Shown here one piece after another: positions 60,025-64,000 of a stretch of DNA of 64,000 bases (positions are counted from its first letter, which is position 1; the number at the start of each line of letters is the position of its first letter). The notes under the pieces are model-generated. The model ran no database searches. It saw only the letters and a program-made list of their open reading frames with translations, and was not told where the DNA came from. Source of the DNA: an uncultured Megasphaera sp. (GTDB taxonomy: Bacteria > Bacillota > Negativicutes > Veillonellales > Megasphaeraceae). Location of the stretch: contig CAZDQW010000001.1 of NCBI GenBank assembly GCA_964507845.1, forward strand, positions 76,702 through 140,701, given 5' to 3'. A program made the translations under genes and the position numbers.

Positions 60025-61950
60025 ATGCGTATAGTTGATCTGCTGAAAAAGGAAAGTATTGATTTAAATGCCTGTGTTGCCGATAAAAAACAGGCCATTG
60101 ACCATCTTGCCGATTTGATGAATAAAGGCGGCAACATCAATGATCTTGAAGCATATAAGGCGGCTGTTTTTGCCCGCGAAGATGAAGGCAGCACCGGTAT
60201 CGGCGAAGGTATTGCTATTCCGCATGCCAAGACGGATGCTGCCGATGCGCCCGGACTGGCGTCCATGATTGTCCGGAACGGTGTTGATTATGAAAGCCTT
60301 GATGACGAACCGGCATATTTATTCTTTTTAATTGCGGCGCCTGCCGGCGGAGCCAATGTGCATTTGGAAGTATTGAGCCGTCTGAGCCGGATGCTTATGG
60401 ACGATGATTTTCGGGAAAAACTTATGAGCGCAGAGACTGCTTCCGAATATCTTTCGGTTATTGATGCGGCGGAATCGAAACAACTTGCCGAAGACGGAGA
60501 AGCAGAGGCATCCGCGGAAAATCAAATAGATACAGCTGTACCCGGCAGGCCGTTTATTATCGGTGTAACGGCGTGCCCTACGGGCATTGCTCATACGTAC
60601 ATGGCTGCAGAAGCGTTGGAAAATAAAGGCGCGGCTATGGGTATTGAAATAAAAATTGAAACAAACGGATCCGGCGGGGTCAAAAATCATCTCACGGCTG
60701 AAGATATTCGCCGTGCTGCCGGAGTTATTGTTGCTTGCGATAAAGACGTGCCGACGCAGCGGTTTGCCGGAAAACCCGTTATTTTTACGAAAGTAGCCAA
60801 CGGCATTAAAGTTCCGGGAGAATTAATCCAAACGATTCTCGACGGAAAAGCGCCGATTTTCCACGGAGAAGCATCGTCGGCAGAAGAGATCGGCACGGAA
60901 ACTGCTGAAAAAGAAAGCGCCGGCCGGCAGATATATAAACATTTGATGGACGGCGTGTCGCATATGCTGCCCTTTGTTATCGGCGGCGGCATACTTATTG
61001 CGCTGGCGTTCTTGTTTGATATGGAGAATGCAGGAACGGCTCAGTTCGGTACGGGAACGCCGCTGGCGGCATTTCTGAAAAATATAGGCGGTTTGGCTTT
61101 CAGCATGATGATGCCGATTTTAGCCGGATACATTGCCATGAGCATCGGTGAACGGCCTGCGCTTATGCCGGGCATTGTCGGCGGATTTCTTGCGACGACC
61201 GGCGGTTCCGGCTTTTTCGGCGCTCTTTTTGCCGGTTTTATCGGCGGATATCTTATCGTTTTTCTAAAAAAAGCATTTTCCCGTCTTCCGCAGGCTCTTG
61301 ACGGAACAAAGCCGGTTTTGATTTACCCTGTCTTGGGACTTGTGCTTATCGGCATTATTATGACGTATATCATTAATCCGCCGACAGCAATGTTCAACAC
61401 ATGGCTTTTTGACGTATTGAACAGCATGACGACGACTAGCCGCGTTGTTTTGGGATTCATCCTCGGAGGCATGATGTCCATTGATTTCGGCGGACCGATT
61501 AATAAAGCGGCGTATGTCTTCGGTACGGCATCGTTGATGAATGCTGCCGGAAGTGCCGTCAGCTCGGGCATTATGGCTTCCGTTATGGTAGGCGGCATGG
61601 TGCCTCCCATTGCGATTGCTTTATCGATGGTATTATTTAAACATAAATTTACGGCCAGAGAACGGCAGTCAACGGTAACGAATTTCATTATGGGACTATC
61701 TTTTATTACAGAAGGAGCCATTCCTTTTGCGGCGGCTGATCCTATACGCGTTATTCCGACGTGCGCCGCCGGCGCAGCCGTTGCCGGAGCATTGTCCATG
61801 TTTTTCGGCTGCACCGTTCCGGCTCCTCACGGAGGTATTTTCGTTTTCGGTGTTGTAACGAATTGGCCGATGTATCTGGTTTCCCTATGTGCCGGCGGCG
61901 TCGTAGCAGCGGTTTTGATGGGTATTATTAAGAAAAAACAGGAAGTGTAA
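60025..61950 (+). CDS. fruA: PTS fructose-specific EIIABC
   Basis: IIA GIAIPH, IIB ACPTGIAHTYMAAE, IIC FDMGGP-like IDFGGPINK, FITEGAIPF, PAPHGG. Confidence 0.94.
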   Translation: MRIVDLLKKESIDLNACVADKKQAIDHLADLMNKGGNINDLEAYKAAVFAREDEGSTGIGEGIAIPHAKTDAADAPGLASMIVRNGVDYESLDDEPAYLFFLIAAPAGGANVHLEVLSRLSRMLMDDDFREKLMSAETASEYLSVIDAAESKQLAEDGEAEASAENQIDTAVPGRPFIIGVTACPTGIAHTYMAAEALENKGAAMGIEIKIETNGSGGVKNHLTAEDIRRAAGVIVACDKDVPTQRFAGKPVIFTKVANGIKVPGELIQTILDGKAPIFHGEASSAEEIGTETAEKESAGRQIYKHLMDGVSHMLPFVIGGGILIALAFLFDMENAGTAQFGTGTPLAAFLKNIGGLAFSMMMPILAGYIAMSIGERPALMPGIVGGFLATTGGSGFFGALFAGFIGGYLIVFLKKAFSRLPQALDGTKPVLIYPVLGLVLIGIIMTYIINPPTAMFNTWLFDVLNSMTTTSRVVLGFILGGMMSIDFGGPINKAAYVFGTASLMNAAGSAVSSGIMASVMVGGMVPPIAIALSMVLFKHKFTARERQSTVTNFIMGLSFITEGAIPFAAADPIRVIPTCAAGAAVAGALSMFFGCTVPAPHGGIFVFGVVTNWPMYLVSLCAGGVVAAVLMGIIKKKQEV

Positions 61951-62046
61951 TTGCATTCATTTGTAAAATCATGTAAACTTATAGTATTGAAGTTTATGGG
62001 GTTGTTATACGATAACGTGTAATACCTATAAAGGAGGAAATTAAAA

Positions 62047-62304
62047 ATGAAAGAGTTTACATTTACCGTTACAGATCCATTAGGCCTGCATGCCCGTCCT
62101 GCCAGCCTTTTGGTAAAAGAAGCAAAGAAATTTGAATCGGAAATCACGATGATTAAGGGCGCCCGCAAGGGAGATTTAAAAAAGATTTTTACTATTATGG
62201 CTCTTGGCGTTAAGCAGGGAGAATCCGTTACCGTGCAGGTAGAAGGATCTGATGAAGAAGCGGCGGCGACTATGGTAGAAACATTCCTCAAAGAAAATTT
62301 CTAG
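62047..62304 (+). CDS. ptsH: Phosphocarrier HPr (His15 intact, Lys at position 46)
   Basis: GLHARP; DLKKIFTIMALG aligns with B. subtilis NLKSIMGVMSLG. Confidence 0.93.
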   Translation: MKEFTFTVTDPLGLHARPASLLVKEAKKFESEITMIKGARKGDLKKIFTIMALGVKQGESVTVQVEGSDEEAAATMVETFLKENF

Positions 62305-62327
62305 TAGTATAAGGAGTGAAGTATTCC

Positions 62328-63959
62328 ATGATCACGTTACAAGGAAAAAGCGTATTTGCCGGTATTACTATCGGTCCTCTGGCATTGTTTCATCGCAGCA
62401 CGGTTTCGACGGACAAGCATTCTATTGCCGATGCCGAAGCTGAAATTGCCCGTTTCCATGAGGCCCGTCAGACGTCTATTGCGCAGTTGAAGGAATTATA
62501 CGATAAAGCCGTGGAAAAAGTTGGCGAAGAAGATGCGGCTGTGTTCGAAGTGCATCAGATGATGCTGGAAGACGACGACTACATCGAATCCGTTGAAAAT
62601 CAGATCCGAGGGGAAATGATTAATGCCGAAGCGGCTGTCGACAGTACGGCACAGCAGTTTGCCGAGATGTTCCGCTCCATGGACGATGCGTACATGCAGG
62701 CTCGTGCCGCTGACGTCCTGGATATTTCACGGCGTGTGGAACAGGAGCTTTGCGGAGGACCAGCAATTGATTTCAGCAAATATGACCAGGTTATTATTGC
62801 TGCTGACGATTTGGCGCCCAGTGAAACGCTCCAGCTTGATACAGACAAAATTCTCGGATTCGTTACGTCCGGAGGAAGCACGAATTCCCATACGGCTATA
62901 TTGGCGCGCACGCTCGGCATTGCCGCTGTCGTCAGCACGAATACGCCGCTCAATACGGACGTAGACGGCATGATTGCCGTCATTGACGGATTAACAGGCA
63001 TGGTTTATATTGATCCTGATGAAGATACGCTGAGCAAAATGAAAGCAAAACAGGCGGAAGAAGCAGAGAGAAAACAACGCCTTGAAGCTGTCCGCGGCGC
63101 TTCTTCAGAAACGATAGACGGGAGAAAAATCAATGTATTCGCCAATATCGGCAATCCCGGAAACATACCTCAGGTACTGGCAAATGATGCCGAAGGCATC
63201 GGCCTTTTCCGCAGTGAATTTCTTTATTTGGAAAACAGCGATTATCCTACGGAAGAACAGCAGTTTGAAGCATATAAACAAACTGCTGAAGCCTTGGGCG
63301 GGAAAACGGTTGTCATCCGGACTCTCGATATCGGCGCCGACAAACAAGTTGATTATTTCCAGCTCGATAAAGAAGAAAATCCCGCTATGGGGATGCGGGC
63401 GATCCGAATCTGCCTGACCCGGCCGGAATTGTTCAAGACGCAGCTTCGGGCGCTGCTCCGCGCATCGGCGTTCGGTAAAATTGCCATTATGTTCCCGATG
63501 ATTATTTCCGTCAGTGAAGTAAAAAAATGCAAGGAAATATTGGCACAGGTCCGCGGCGAATTGGATCAGGAAGGCATCGCCTATGATAAAGATATGGAAA
63601 TCGGCATCATGGTTGAAACGCCGGCAGCTGCTATCATGAGTGATGAACTGGCAAAGGAAGTAGACTTTTTCAGCATCGGTTCTAATGACTTGACGCAGTA
63701 TACATTGGCTATCGACCGCCAGCAGACAAAGCTGGATAACTTCTTTGACGCGCATCATCCTGCCGTACTGCGGCTCATTGCCCAGACTATCGAAAACGGG
63801 CATAAGGCTGGTATTTGGGTAGGCATTTGCGGTGAATTAGGCGCTGATCTGACGCTTACGGAAACGTTCCTGCGTATGGGCGTCGATGAACTGTCCGTCA
63901 GCCCGCCTTTGGTCTTGCCGTTGAGAGAAAAGATTCGGTCTATTGACTTGAGCAAATAA
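62328..63959 (+). CDS. ptsI: PTS enzyme I
   Basis: SHTAILAR phospho-His, GIGLFRSEF, RTLDIGADK, MVETP, GSNDLTQY, GICGE. Confidence 0.96.
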   Translation: MITLQGKSVFAGITIGPLALFHRSTVSTDKHSIADAEAEIARFHEARQTSIAQLKELYDKAVEKVGEEDAAVFEVHQMMLEDDDYIESVENQIRGEMINAEAAVDSTAQQFAEMFRSMDDAYMQARAADVLDISRRVEQELCGGPAIDFSKYDQVIIAADDLAPSETLQLDTDKILGFVTSGGSTNSHTAILARTLGIAAVVSTNTPLNTDVDGMIAVIDGLTGMVYIDPDEDTLSKMKAKQAEEAERKQRLEAVRGASSETIDGRKINVFANIGNPGNIPQVLANDAEGIGLFRSEFLYLENSDYPTEEQQFEAYKQTAEALGGKTVVIRTLDIGADKQVDYFQLDKEENPAMGMRAIRICLTRPELFKTQLRALLRASAFGKIAIMFPMIISVSEVKKCKEILAQVRGELDQEGIAYDKDMEIGIMVETPAAAIMSDELAKEVDFFSIGSNDLTQYTLAIDRQQTKLDNFFDAHHPAVLRLIAQTIENGHKAGIWVGICGELGADLTLTETFLRMGVDELSVSPPLVLPLREKIRSIDLSK

Positions 63960-63960
63960 T

Positions 63961-64000
63961 AAAAAAGTAATTCCCGATTTACGATTGGGAATTACTTTTT
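63961..64000 (+). terminator. Terminator after ptsI
   Basis: AAAAAGTAATTCCC/GGGAATTACTTTT at the window end. Confidence 0.8.

Overview
Chromosomal origin region of a diderm Firmicute (Negativicutes, most likely Veillonellaceae/Dialister-like; taxon is inferred from gene content and protein similarity recalled without a database). 41.3-55.5 kb is the conserved oriC core: dnaA-dnaN-yaaA-recF-DUF721/dciA-remB-gyrB on the minus strand, divergent from rpmH-rnpA-yidD-yidC-jag-mnmE-mnmG-rsmG. It has DnaA-box clusters on both sides of dnaA and a B. subtilis-type unwinding module between dnaA and dnaN. gyrA and noc/parAB are missing from their usual positions. The left flank is metabolic: L,D-transpeptidase, NCS2 permease, an LDH/MDH hybrid-signature dehydrogenase, a GGT + YheO-type regulator + cyuPA-like cysteine module, a Tat-exported HD-domain protein beside an AT-rich island scar, an AEC transporter with a PaaG-type crotonase and CoA-transferase, a B3/4 protein with an APC permease, aconitase/citrate synthase/IDH, a NifI1-like PII heading a liv ABC operon next to a PucR/class III aminotransferase pair, gpsA, an OYE-FeS-FAD reductase with AraC, and a CNNM protein. 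The right flank has a K15-type PBP, a ZMP/ZTP riboswitch controlling an oxalate/formate-antiporter-family MFS gene, and a complete fructose PTS operon whose HPr lacks Ser46. No rRNA, tRNA, CRISPR array or intact mobile element was seen. The strongest leads are the ZTP riboswitch-OFA transporter unit, the orphan NifI1-like PII/liv/aminotransferase locus, the GGT-cysteine desulfidase-dehydrogenase cluster and the Tat-HD enzyme.
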